Origin: Phoronis australis
Lineage: Eukaryota > Animalia > Phoronida
Reading direction: 5' to 3'
NCBI GenBank assembly: GCA_002633005.1
Contig: NMRA01000505.1
Coordinates: forward strand, 12,453-76,452
Length of the DNA stretch: 64,000 bases
The position numbers and the translations under genes were made by a program. Each line of letters starts with the position of its first letter. Positions within the stretch are counted from its first letter, which is position 1. Of the stretch, positions 49,331 to 61,078 are shown in pieces. The notes under the pieces were generated by a model. That model had not been told where the DNA came from. It worked only from the letters and a program-made list of their open reading frames with translations, and did not search any database.

Positions 49331-51283
49331 AGGAGCATGCGCCCCAAAAACAACCTAATTTTGTATCAATTTAGATCGAGTAGTTCTACTCCATAACGGC
49401 ACGTACGGTTGCGTTACCTGACACACCTGACGGCAGACTGAGGTGTTGAAATTATCCAGTGACGTAATTGGTTTCACACGGAGTCTGTTCAGCAGTTCAC
49501 AACACAGGTTGCTGGTGTCAGTTTATCGCTTTAATTCATCGTTTTACACCAATAAATCATCAAACTTCGATGTAAAACCCTTAAAAATACACCGAGTTCT
49601 TATCAAAACGTGTTGTTTTATTTCGCTGTTATGGATTTATTGGTATTTGGACACGGCCGTAGCCTACAACGGCTCGGCAGGCCAATAAGGTCCGTAGCAG
49701 GAGTTCGGGGTCTCTTCGGGGATATATTCGAAGTATTTTTCCGTGAGATACAGACAGGAGAACCTAGTCTGTGTTGTTTAGAATTGTGATTTTTTTAGTT
49801 CTAAACACGCAAAACGCTCGTTATCCTGGCCAGTGGCTCGGAGCCCGATCAGGCCCGTCGCAGCCGGCCAGATTCATTCATTATCCCGACCAGTGGCTCG
49901 GAAACTGATCATATATCATGAACATAAACCAGCCAAAGTTGGAAACTAAACTTCTAGTCAGGAAAATACTATACTAGTGAGCCAAAGTAATGTGCACGTG
50001 ATTATGTTGGTGAATTAGCCACGAAACTGCAAATCTACTTACTCGTCGGGGTTGCGAATTCAGGTTCTGCTTTGTCCACAGCACTGTCAGCATGCGCGCA
50101 CCCAGCCTTCAATATGGGGGGGGGCTCGAATTTCTGACGTTGTGGACCTTTTGGTAACAAAAAAGCGGGTTAGCTAAAAAAAAACGTGGCACCACTGTGA
50201 ATTGCGCGATTATGCTTATTTAGAGGACTTTAGTCTAGTCTCTTTTTTTCGGACTTTTTGTTTCCCAGAGGCGGACCTTTTTGCCCACTACGCTTCTTTG
50301 CCCTCGTTCGAGCCCCCGAGCCCCCATGGGTGCGCGCATGGTCAGGGCAGAAGTTGTACATTGACAATCATTATTTGAATAATGTAAATATAAATTAAGA
50401 TTCCCCTAACACCTGGCCGTGGGATGGAAATCAAGTTGTTTCACAACCGTTTCTGCCATCAAACACTAAATTAGCATGAGCTCACACGGCCTCGGTGTCC
50501 CGTCAATTAGTTTTATTGCACCTAAACCCGGTAATGCAGTGATTTATTCATTGCTGACTTCTCAAATCATTTGCACTCAGGAACACTCCAAAGGCATTAC
50601 AAATTGCATCTAATGAGACAGACTTTGTTTCAGTTTCATATAAGTATTGGTTAGGGTGAGAATAATTCATTTTGAAATAGAACGCTCAGTAATTAACGTC
50701 AACATGGCAACTCGCAACCCTTGCGACTTAGATGAGAGCTCATCAGTCCCGACGAAGACTTCGCAGGTGGATCGTTAGGTTTCACAGGCTATCAGTTCGA
50801 ACAGGAATACAGTGATGAAGAAATACTAAAGAGGCGCCGTGAACAAGCTCAGACAACGAAACGTAGGGATAGTTATTTGGCAAGCTGGCATTCGTCAGGC
50901 ACTCACGCGGCTGTCGACGACTGCAGGCCACAGACAAGGAGATGTTGCACGGCCTCATACTTGCTATTTACAGCGTACTTTTCATTCTTCACTACTGCGA
51001 TCCACTTCCTTAACATTGCAGACTCTCGAGGAAGTCGAAAAAATGATATACCCGCTTTCCTCGCAGCTGCATAGTTCGCACAAGCAGGAAGGACCGGATG
51101 CACCGCAACATAGCGGCATTCACTCTGCAGATGAACCACTGACGTCGCTAGCGTCGTTTCTCACCTTCCTCACAGGTTAACGCGACACCTCTTGGCAAGG
51201 TGAGGTCAGCCATGTGCGAGGGATGTGGATATAGACTGATTAATTAGGCAAAAAAGATTAATTAAATCGGGTGGCATTCTCCT
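49331..51283 (-). mobile_element. Kolobok-like element with decayed THAP ORF
   Basis: TTAA TSD at 49327-49330 and 51284-51287; TIR AGGAG(C/A)ATGC; THAP-like CANYAAARKAGISFFRLPRESAMLRKWIAVVKN…VCG at ~50900-51115. Confidence 0.85.
50091..50340. mobile_element. MITE CATGCGCGCACCC family inserted in the Kolobok element
   Basis: Perfect 13-bp TIR; 5-bp TSD GTCAG; the paralogous site at ~41395 is empty. Confidence 0.9.
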
Positions 51284-51444
51284 TTAATAGCGGAGTTGCA
51301 ACCGAATCGATTTAACGATTGCGCATGTCCGGAAATTAGGGTGCGCAAAGGCTACTGGGATTGTTGATGGTAAACGGGATGACCGACTGGTTTGCACGAC
51401 GTGTAATTTGTGTGCATTAAACTACGCTGCTGTATGTAATTCTG

Positions 51445-52700
51445 CCGCTATTCGCCCTAATTAGCGCCCATGGCTCAACAAGTGCCCCAACGCGTTTTCA
51501 GACTTTGCTAAAGTAAGCGCCCAGCCCATGAACTACATGCGAAAAATGCCCTTACCTACAGTTCTAACGTCTCCAATTTATCAATTGAAAGATCCGACAG
51601 CCTGAATTTGTAACGGACCACGAGCCTCACCGTTATGTCCGTATACACTTCAAACTTACGCCGCGATTCAAAAAGAACGCAGAAGTTTTGCTGCTCTTGC
51701 GAGGGATGTGCCCCACTACGCGGGTCTGGACTTTGAAAACAGACACAGCGTACTTGTCAAAGAGCGGGATTGCATTGTTTCTTTCCAGTACAGATCTTCT
51801 CCGGCCTCAAACTTCTTTGTGCATGTGAAAACCGTGAATCGAAGACTAAAAAAAAAAACTCGACCAGTGTTAGCACGCGACCAAGAAGCGCGCGCTGCAT
51901 AATGTACCGACTGTCATCGAAGATTAATCGGGTAACATAGCATCGGCAAATAAATATTGGCACTAATTTCCGAAAGTTTCCAATACCGTAAAAAGCTTCT
52001 GCATTATTTTTAAGAGAAATTATTTAACTAATCATAATTGGTGTTTTTAAGGTCAAAATGACCCACTTCGCACCCTTACACCCCAAATCTTCCGGGAAAT
52101 AGCTGTTACACTACGGTCACGCATCCACTCACCCGGCGACTCAATGAGTGACATGTCGGTCTTACCGAAAAAATTCTCGAACGTTTTTAGCAGATGAGGC
52201 CAGCAAGTGCTAAGCCGTAAATATTAAAACACGCTCTGCTTGACTTTTTTTTTTTTTTGGATACAATGCACACCTAGATCATTACATTACTCTGGCAAAT
52301 GAACTCTGACAAGCACACGCACGCTTACTCTCACACACACGCATACAAACTTCAAAACAAACGTCACGTGACAACAACATGTGTTCCCACAGAGATTTTT
52401 CTCGGGTTGCGTGCTACAATCTAGCGTAGATTTGGACTTAATCTGCAGTTAATCCAGACTTCACAAGAACTTAAAAATCTTAGAGACGCTATTTGGAAAA
52501 CTTGAGGAGGATTTCAGGTAATTTGTTGAGTCAAAGCTGTATTCTTATTTAAGAATTCAAGCCCTATCGACGATTGCGAGACCAGCAGCTACGCATTTGT
52601 CGGCAAGATTTCGCCCTGGAACTTCAACAAAATTTTATGAAAAATGATCGTAATTTAACAACGAATTTTGATAGCAATGTACCACAATTTTGTAGAAAGT
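51445..52700 (-). mobile_element. Diverged CCGTATTCGC-family copy, truncated
   Basis: Homology to 39278-40749 and 47230-48517. Confidence 0.7.
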
Positions 52701-54197
52701 AAATAATAATAATCTGCACGCTTTATCTTAGCGCGTAATGCATATAGTGTGCATACGTTAAGTGAGTCGACCCAGAACAGGTGATTGTGCAGAGGCATTA
52801 TCCTCAAAATTGCTCATGTTGGCTTGGTTCTGGTCAAGCGAAAACAAGTTTTTTTTTCACTACCAACCGCCGTGGAGTATTTGTTACTGTTTCTTTGAAG
52901 GGAGATATTGTTGGGCAGTTTCTAAGATACGTTTTCTTGCCGCCCTCAAAATGAGCGCTGCACACTTTATGCTACGAAGTCGGAAAGAATTCACGAAGTC
53001 GGCCTTTGCTACCAGCTCTACCGATGTCTCTGACCCATGTTTAACGCAGTTCTTGATCCTTGGGAAACAGGTAGTAACTAATTTTTTTATTTCGCTAACT
53101 GGTATTATAGCATGCCAGGCACACAACACGTATAACCTCCCTGTGGCCGGTTCGCCCCCACGCTTGCCGACGTACTTGTTTACCGGCTTAACCACAATGC
53201 AACATTCTGACCCATTTCCAATATGGCGGCGTTGCAACTCCGCTATTCAGTCCAAGTTTTTCAGTGGTCCATAGGCGGTGCACTACAGGGGGGCTGAGGG
53301 GGCTTTAGCCCCCACTTTTTTCAGTGCTGCACCCTATATACACCTCCGACATGACACTGCCAACTACTCACGAGGGGAAGTTGAGCCTCCAAATTCATCA
53401 AAAACACAAAACATTCGTGCACAGCACAGAAGCTGTCTTGTCAGAAATGGAGATGCGTCACTGAACTTAGTTGCAAAATTCGATCCATCATCAGACCACC
53501 GTATCGCAAAGAAGGACACTTAACGATAACAGTGATATTCATGAATGTATTGAATTAAAAACTAGACTAAAGAAATTCAAAAATTTACAAACCGTAGATC
53601 GGATCGAAAAAGAAGGTCAAGTCATTGCTCATAAATTTGGAAAGGTTGTCTTTGCATTTCCTTGATGCTTGTAGTTCCCAGTAGTATTGTGCAATGAATT
53701 TAGGTTCTTTTAAACCGAATCCTTTGCTTGACATTCCCGTGCATACTGCAAAGGCTGGACACGTCGTGACTCAGTGACGCACCCACGTTAAAAATAAGGT
53801 GTAGTCATGCAGTAGGCTGCCCGCATAGAATCCGCGCTCAGTGATTGACGGGAAAAGAACTTGAACTGCAGGGGTTGAAGTGTCTGCATTTTTGGGACAC
53901 GCGTTCCATAGCATTTTCCCCATCCGCCCAGCAGAAGCTGGACCAGTGGCCGTGTTTCAACAAGGAATTTTGATACAGCTCTATAGGCCAAGGATTTCGG
54001 GATAGCATCTTTCAAAAAATCTTCAGGAAATGACCGTATTAAAATGCACTTTTTTCTGAAACTGGGTCAAACAAAACGACCTTGGAGCCAGTTTAGCCGC
54101 ACGTCTCAAATGAATCATAGCAGTGCTGACCCGCGAGTTTGTCGAATTGCGCATGCATGGATCACACTTCCCAGGGATAATTCTTGTTGGAGGTTTG

Positions 54198-54421
54198 GCG
54201 TAATTATTTGCAGCGTAAAGTAATTATTTGTGGCATAAAGTAACTTCATGACGTAAAGTAATTATTTGCAGTGTAAAGTAATTACTTGCGGCGTAAAGTA
54301 ACTTTTAGGGCCGCAAATACTTACTTTACGCCGTAATGTAACAATTACTTTACGTCATGAGTAATTACTTTATGCCGCAGATAATTAGATTACTTTACGC
54401 CATAAATGATTACTTCATGCC
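54198..54421. repeat. Foldback array of ~18-bp units (gcgtaaagtaattattt) followed by their inverse
   Basis: Direct repeats switch to reverse-complement repeats at ~54310. Confidence 0.8.
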
Positions 54422-55254
54422 TCTAACAAGAATTAACGTAGGCATGTAATTTAACGGCGTAACGTTGACCCATTTGGCCAAGGATAATATTGATGATAGT
54501 GGTGTAGCAACTACGCACGTTCAATGCCAATGAATGACGTAAAGTCTCCTCTAATCGTCTGCACGATTCTGTCTTCTGTGCAAAGACCACTCGGGCCAAG
54601 TTGGGCCCTGGGGCAAGATCGGGCCCGATGATTACGCGAAGCACTTTGAATCAGAAGCAATAATTCTTCTAAATTAGTTATAATTTCAGTTAGTAGTACC
54701 AGTAGCTGCAAAAATTTTGTTGCTGTTGTTGTTGTCCATCTATATCCTATTTCTAACAGATAGGCTGGGGCTGGACCTTTTTGGTGGGGGGCGAATTCGA
54801 TGGAATTCCCTGAAGACCCTGACTACGGGCCTGCTGTGCAAAATATGTTAGTTTTGAGGTGTGGTTTCTGCTCATATACTTGCCCTGCACTAGTCTCTTA
54901 GGGTCTACTTACTCTAAATGTGGCCAAAATGAGCCGCTTTTCCATGTCTAGCCATCTGCAGGCAAAACGTGAAAGTGCTCGGTAATGATTGTTTGTAGCA
55001 GAAAGGCATAAGAAAAGGTGATGGAAGCTGTGTGTGAGCAAGTGTTTCCCAACCAGTCATTTTATGTTGTTTCACTTGATGTTGGCCTTTGCCTCATATC
55101 TGCTTTGTGTTAGTGTATTTGAGTGAGGACTGTTATAAGATCTAAGTTTGACAAATACCGTACTCGTCCGCGTTACCGCCCAGGGTGCTTAAATTGGGAA
55201 TCGAAAAAAAAACCAGGGTGGGTGGTAAGCTGAGCATGGGCGGTTAAAATCTAA

Positions 55255-58200
55255 CTACCAGTGCGTCCCCTAGTGGCAATTTTAGTTTTTTACGCTTACC
55301 TCTGTATCTTTGGAAGTCCTCAACGTATTTTCATAAAATTTGGAGCATAGGCATCTATTAGTGAGATGAAACTTTGCTCTAGTTTCAGATGGATTCGACA
55401 TAGTTTGCGCCTCTTATTTGCCATTTTTACTGTTTTCGAGTCTGTTTTTTGACGTCCACCTCGCTATCAACCAAACCGCTCTGAGGATGATTGCGAAAAT
55501 TGGCATGTAATGTTCTTACCATGAAGAGGATGGCTTTCGATGATTTTCCTACGACTTCGACTGTGGCTCCTCCTAGTGGCAGTTTTTTTGCGCCCATGGC
55601 TGTATCTCCTAATCTGTTTGCAGGATCTTTACTAAATTTAGCATGTGTATTTAGATGATGTTGACAACGGACAGTGACAACTTTCGCACGGATCGAACTA
55701 CCAGTGCGTCCCCTAGGGGCAATTTTAGTTTTTACGCTTACCTCTGTATCTTCTGAAGTCCTCAACGCATTTTTATAAAATTTAGAATACAGGCATCTAT
55801 TAGTGAGATGAAACTATCCTCTCATTTTTGGTTGGATTCGACGTAGTTTGCTCCACCTAGTGGCCATTTCCACTGTTTTCGAGTCTTTTTTGGCTTCCAC
55901 TCCTCTATCAACCAAACTCTTCTAAGGATGATTGTGAAAATAACCATGTAGTTACCATGAAGAGGATGCCTGACAACGACTTTCTGACGATTTCGACTAA
56001 TGTGACACCTAGTAGCTGGGTTTTTTTTGCGCCCATGGTTTTATCTTCTAAACAGTTTGCAGGATCTTTTTGATATCGAACGACGACAACAACTTTCGCA
56101 TGAATCTGACCACCAGTGTCCCCCTAGTGGCAATTTCCGTTTTTTATGTTTATCCCTGTATATTAAAAGGACCTCAACAGAGTTTCATAAAATTTGGAAT
56201 ATAGGCATGTATTGTTGCGGTTACGCTATCCTCCCATTTTCGTATGAATTCAAAGTATTTTTGCGCCACCTAGTTGTCATGTTTACTGTTTTCGAGTCTT
56301 TTTTTTGACGTTCACCCCTCTAAGTATGATTTTGAAAATTGGCATGTATTCAGTGTGAAAAGGACAGTTACCCTGACAAGTTAGGTTACTGGCGTACCTC
56401 CTAGTGGGAGTTTTGTTTTGTTTGCGGCCATAGCTTTATCTTCTAAACCCACTGCAGGATCTTTATATTAAATTTAGTAAGTGTTTTCATATGAAGCTAA
56501 CTATAGACTATGACTTTGAGGTGGACGCTGTGTCCCCTATTGGCAAGTTCACGCTTTCCTTTGTTTCTTTGAAGTTCCTTGATAGATTTTTATGCGTCCA
56601 CGTATAAATACCGTCATCTCCGTCCGTCCGGCGTCACGCGTCTGGCGTCCGCTGCTCTATCTCCAAAACCCTTTGACATACGTTCATGAAATTTAGCACA
56701 TATGTTCCTTTCATGGATGGGACGGCATGAGGGAGCTTACGGATGGATCTGAAAACCGATGTGCCCCCTTAGTGACAATTTTAGTTTTTTATGCTTACCT
56801 TTGTATCTTCAAAAGTCCTGAACGGATTTTCATAAAATGTAGCATATAGACATCTATTGGTGAGGTGACGCTATTCTTCTAATCTCAGATGAATTCGACG
56901 AAGTTTGCGCCACCTAGTGGCCAGTTTTGCTGTTTTCGAGTCTGTTTTTTGGTGTCCCCCCTCTATCAACCAAACCGCTCTAAGGATGATTGTCAAAATT
57001 GGCATGTATGTTTTAACTATGACGAGGGCGACTGACGATGATTTTCCAAAGATTTCGTCTACTGTGGCGCATCCTAGTGGCAGTTTTTTTGTGTGCTTAT
57101 GGCTATATCTCCTAAAGCGCTTGTAGGATCTTTACTAAAATTTGTAAGAGCATTTATATGATGATGACAACGGACGACAACAACTTTCAGACAGATCTGA
57201 CTACTGGTATGCCAGCTAGTGGCAATTTTATTTTTTTACGTTTACCTCTATATCTTCAAAGGTCCTCAATGTGTTTTCATAAAATTCGGTGTATAGGCTT
57301 CTGTTAGTGAGGTGACGCTATCTTTCCATTTTCAGACAGATTTGACCTAGTGTGGGCCATCAAGTGGCCATATTTACTGTTTTTGAATTTTGTTTGGCGT
57401 CCACTCCTCTATCAACCAAACCGGTGTGAAAATTGGCATGTGTGTTTTCACTATGAAGTGGACAGGTGACGATGATTTTCTGATGACTTCATTTACAGGA
57501 TCTTTACTAAATTTTACAAGTATGTTGATATGATGTTGACTACGGAGGACGACGATTTTCAGATGGATCTGACTACCAGTATGTCCCCCGGTGACAATTT
57601 TAGTTTTATGTTTGCCTGTGTATCTTCAAAGGTCCTCAACAGATTTTCATAAAATTTTGAATACGGGGATCTATTGGTGAGATGGCACTATCCTCCCATT
57701 TTCGGATGTATTCAAGGTATTTTGCGGCACCTAGTGGCCGTTTTAGGTGTTTTCGCTTCTGTTTTTTGACGTCTATCCCTCAACCAAATCATTCTAAGGA
57801 TGGGTTTGAAAATTGGCGCATATGTTCTCAGTCTTAAGAGGACTGTTGACGATGACAACTTTGACTACAGTGGTGCCTCCTAGTGGTAGCTTTGTTTTGT
57901 TTTGCGCCCATAGCTGTATCTCCTATACCCGCTGCAGGATCTTCAGTGTTATCCACAATGCCAGTTCCAAACTCCACGCAAATTTCTAGAGTTCAATATC
58001 AGTACTCAACACTGTATTTTCTCTAGTCTGTAGCCTTAACATCTCCACTGGAGGTATTTATATAAGCTTTAAAAATGTACACTGAACTGGTCAGGTGTGA
58101 CCTACTTTTTGACATTTTGTAGGGGCCTACACGTGAAAACAAAATCGTGTTCATTCAACTGACGACTGTCTCACGAATAAAAAACTTGTTGTTAAAAGCA

Positions 58201-59837
58201 CGTGGCCAAGAAGCGCGCGCCACATACCTGTCACTTGTGATAGCAGACATTACTCTTCACGAACTATCCATGAAACTACGGGTAGCCTGTCCAGAAATAA
58301 ACATTGGCACTACTTTCAGAAAGTTTCTAATGCCGTAAAAACTGTTGCGTTATTTTTAAGAGGGATTGATTTATTAATCACTTGTTTAATGTATTCATAA
58401 TTGGTGTTTTTAACGTAAAATACCTGACAAAATACCCCACAGATAGTGGACACCTCCCCCCCCCGAATCTCCCGGAAAATAACTTGGACTGTCACACTCC
58501 CGTCACCCAGCGACTCAATGTCATTTGGCCTTAGATCCTACCCACACAATTCTCGCACACTGGTTGTGTTATTTCTTTAGTTACAATGCACACCTAAATC
58601 GTTAGGCCTACATTGCGTTTACTCTGGCAAATGAAGGCTGATGACACGCACACGCTCGCTCACTCACACACGCAGACGATCTTCAAAACAAAGGTTACGT
58701 GACTACGACGTGTGTGCTTCCAGAGATTGTTTCATGTTGCTGGGTACGATCTTGCGCAGAGCCAGATTTGTTCTTAATACCAACTCCACGGGAACTTAAA
58801 CTGAAATCTTTAATTGGTAATTTGTTGAGACGAAACTATATTTTAACTCAAGGTGCCCTGTCGACGATCACGGGGCAGCAGCGCATCGGCAAGTTTTCAT
58901 CCTTGGATTTCGAGACAATTTTCTGTAAAATGATCATAATTTAACAAAGAAATTTGATAGCAATGTGCCACCGTTTTGTAGAAAGTCTGTCTTTGGCTAC
59001 AGATACATCACGTACCATAAATTTGATGAATCCTAGCTTCAGATTTTACCTGTTTTGGAGACCGTGTTTCAACCGCCTTGGGTAACAATATTCAATAAGC
59101 GCCTCCCCCTGAAACGAATTTCACTAATCACCCCCGACACTTTATTACGGGGAATACGGTACTGTTAACTGCCTCTTAGTAAAATGAACTGTGTTTACTG
59201 TTGGAAAAATCAGGCCTGATTAGATGCTGGGGGCTGAAGTACCTAGCCAGCCAAAATTTTAAACCTGGCGCGGCAATTTTTTAACTTGACGCGCTTTCCC
59301 TGAGCTCAACATGGCAAAATCCAAACTCGTTATCGCGTCGAGTCAAAACAGGTCGTGGAGAACACCTAACTTCATTAAATTTAATTAGCAAGTGTATTTA
59401 TATGAAGCTAACAACAAACAATGATGACTTTCAGGCGGATCCAATGAACAGTGAGCCCCCTAGTGGCAATTTCATTTTATTCTGTTTTCCTTTGTTTCTG
59501 TGAAGTTCCATGAAGGATTTCTACAAAATTTGGTGTTTTGCTTTCCATTTAAGAAGCAAAAAAATGTTCCCATTTTCGGATGGCCATTGTATGACACAAA
59601 TAAACAACCCTAAAAGCACACCGTTTGCGATGCATTCTTGGGTACATTTCAACGCTACGTGTTGCTCTTGTTATGAAACTTGGTTAGTAGCTTTATGACA
59701 TATACCAGTTTTCCTATGGATTTGACGTATTTTGTACCATCTAGTGGACATTGTTATTGGTACAAATAAACATCCACAGAGGCAAACCATTTGTGGTGCA
59801 TTTGTGGGCACATTTCAACGCTCCGCATTACTCTTGT
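55255..59837 (+). mobile_element. Helentron/HINE-like outer element (5' truncated) containing an inner HINE copy (56588-59672)
   Basis: Same array as 28885-30330. A new 5' end (tttatgcgtccac…cgtccgtcc) appears at 56588, and two successive 3' ends at ~59672 and ~59837. Confidence 0.75.
58100..59159 (-). mobile_element. Diverged CCGTATTC-family copy inserted in the inner HINE
   Basis: Homology to 47400-48517; ends ggaatacgg|ta. Confidence 0.7.
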
Positions 59838-60044
59838 TGTGAATAAGGTTTGAGGTATCATGCTATGCAAAAATGTTCAGTGCCCCTCTATAGTCATGTG
59901 GCAGATTTTGTTTTGCAGTGTGTGTATCTACATGCTCATGTCAATTTCTACAATTGCAGACAAAGGGTGGTGTTTGCATTATCTTTAGGCCCCTATGTTC
60001 TCATAGGGCTCTCTGACTGTCTAATTTGTAATAACCTCCCTTGT

Positions 60045-60095
60045 GCGGTGCTGTACTGTGCTATGCTATGCTGTGCTATGCTATGGTGTGCTGTT
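60045..60095. repeat. Pentanucleotide microsatellite (tgcta/tgctg)n
   Basis: Visible short tandem repeat. Confidence 0.8.
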
Positions 60096-60858
60096 TGTCT
60101 CACCAAGTGGGCAAGTCCATTTAGTTTTTTGCAAGGGGTGTTGGGTTGTGTTGTGAGAATAAGTACCTGTGAGTATCAGGGAATATGGTGTTTTCCTTTC
60201 TCACACACTGACTGATCACATGGGCCACTGTAAGACTGATAGTGTGGATAAAGGATGGGCATGGGCTGTCTGCTTAGGTACAAATAACAGTCTGATTATG
60301 AATTGAATTAGGATTCACCATAATTACTTGTTAAATTTGTTGAACTGTGAAACCATTGTGTTTGATTCGTTTTATTTCTATTTGTATTTTGGTTGCGATA
60401 GCAATGGCTGATGGATAGAATGTCTCAAAGCTGCTTTTAGTTGCTGTTCAAGTTAACTGCAATTAACTTGTCATTCCTGTTAAGTAGATGTCAAATTGTA
60501 ACTGTGACTAATTTTAATCAGATGTGACTGCACATGACTCAATCTTGTGATTTGCTCTTCACTGTGTGCATGTGTGCCAGCTAAGTGTATCTGACTTCAT
60601 GGTAGTCGCGCATCTTAGTTGAGATATAATGCGCAAACTGAATCTTACTTTTAGTTGGACACTGTACAAGGTGAGTCAGGAGTTGTGCCTGATCAGTCAT
60701 TGTGTTAATGTCTGACCTTGTCATGGATTCTAAGTGGGTCAGAGATTGAATCGATATACCGCCATTACCGAATCAAAAAACATTTAAAGAATTGTATATT
60801 CTAAAATGTCCGGAAATCATGGAGCCGTGAAGCCTTTGTGTCAATAGAAACCTGTTGT

Positions 60859-61078
60859 GTATTGTGACCATAGTTCTTAGGGTTCACAAAATGTATGTGT
60901 CAACAGAAGGCTGTCAGTATTGTGACCATAGTTCTTAGGGTTCACAAAATGTATGTGTCAACAGAAGGCTGTCAGTATTGTGACCATAGTTCTTAGGGTT
61001 CACAAAATATATGTGTCAACAGAAGGCTGTCAGTATTGTGACCATAGTTCTTAGGGTTCACAAAATGTATGTGTCAAG
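60859..61078. repeat. 58-bp tandem repeat, ~3.8 copies
   Basis: Unit gtattgtgaccatagttcttagggttcacaaaatgtatgtgtcaacagaaggctgtca. Confidence 0.95.

Noticed and set aside
46567-54833. Single large element bounded by CAGGCCCTTAG… and …CTACGGGCCTG
   Set aside because: Flanks (cactg / ctgtg) are not a TSD; more likely two separate truncated MITE ends.
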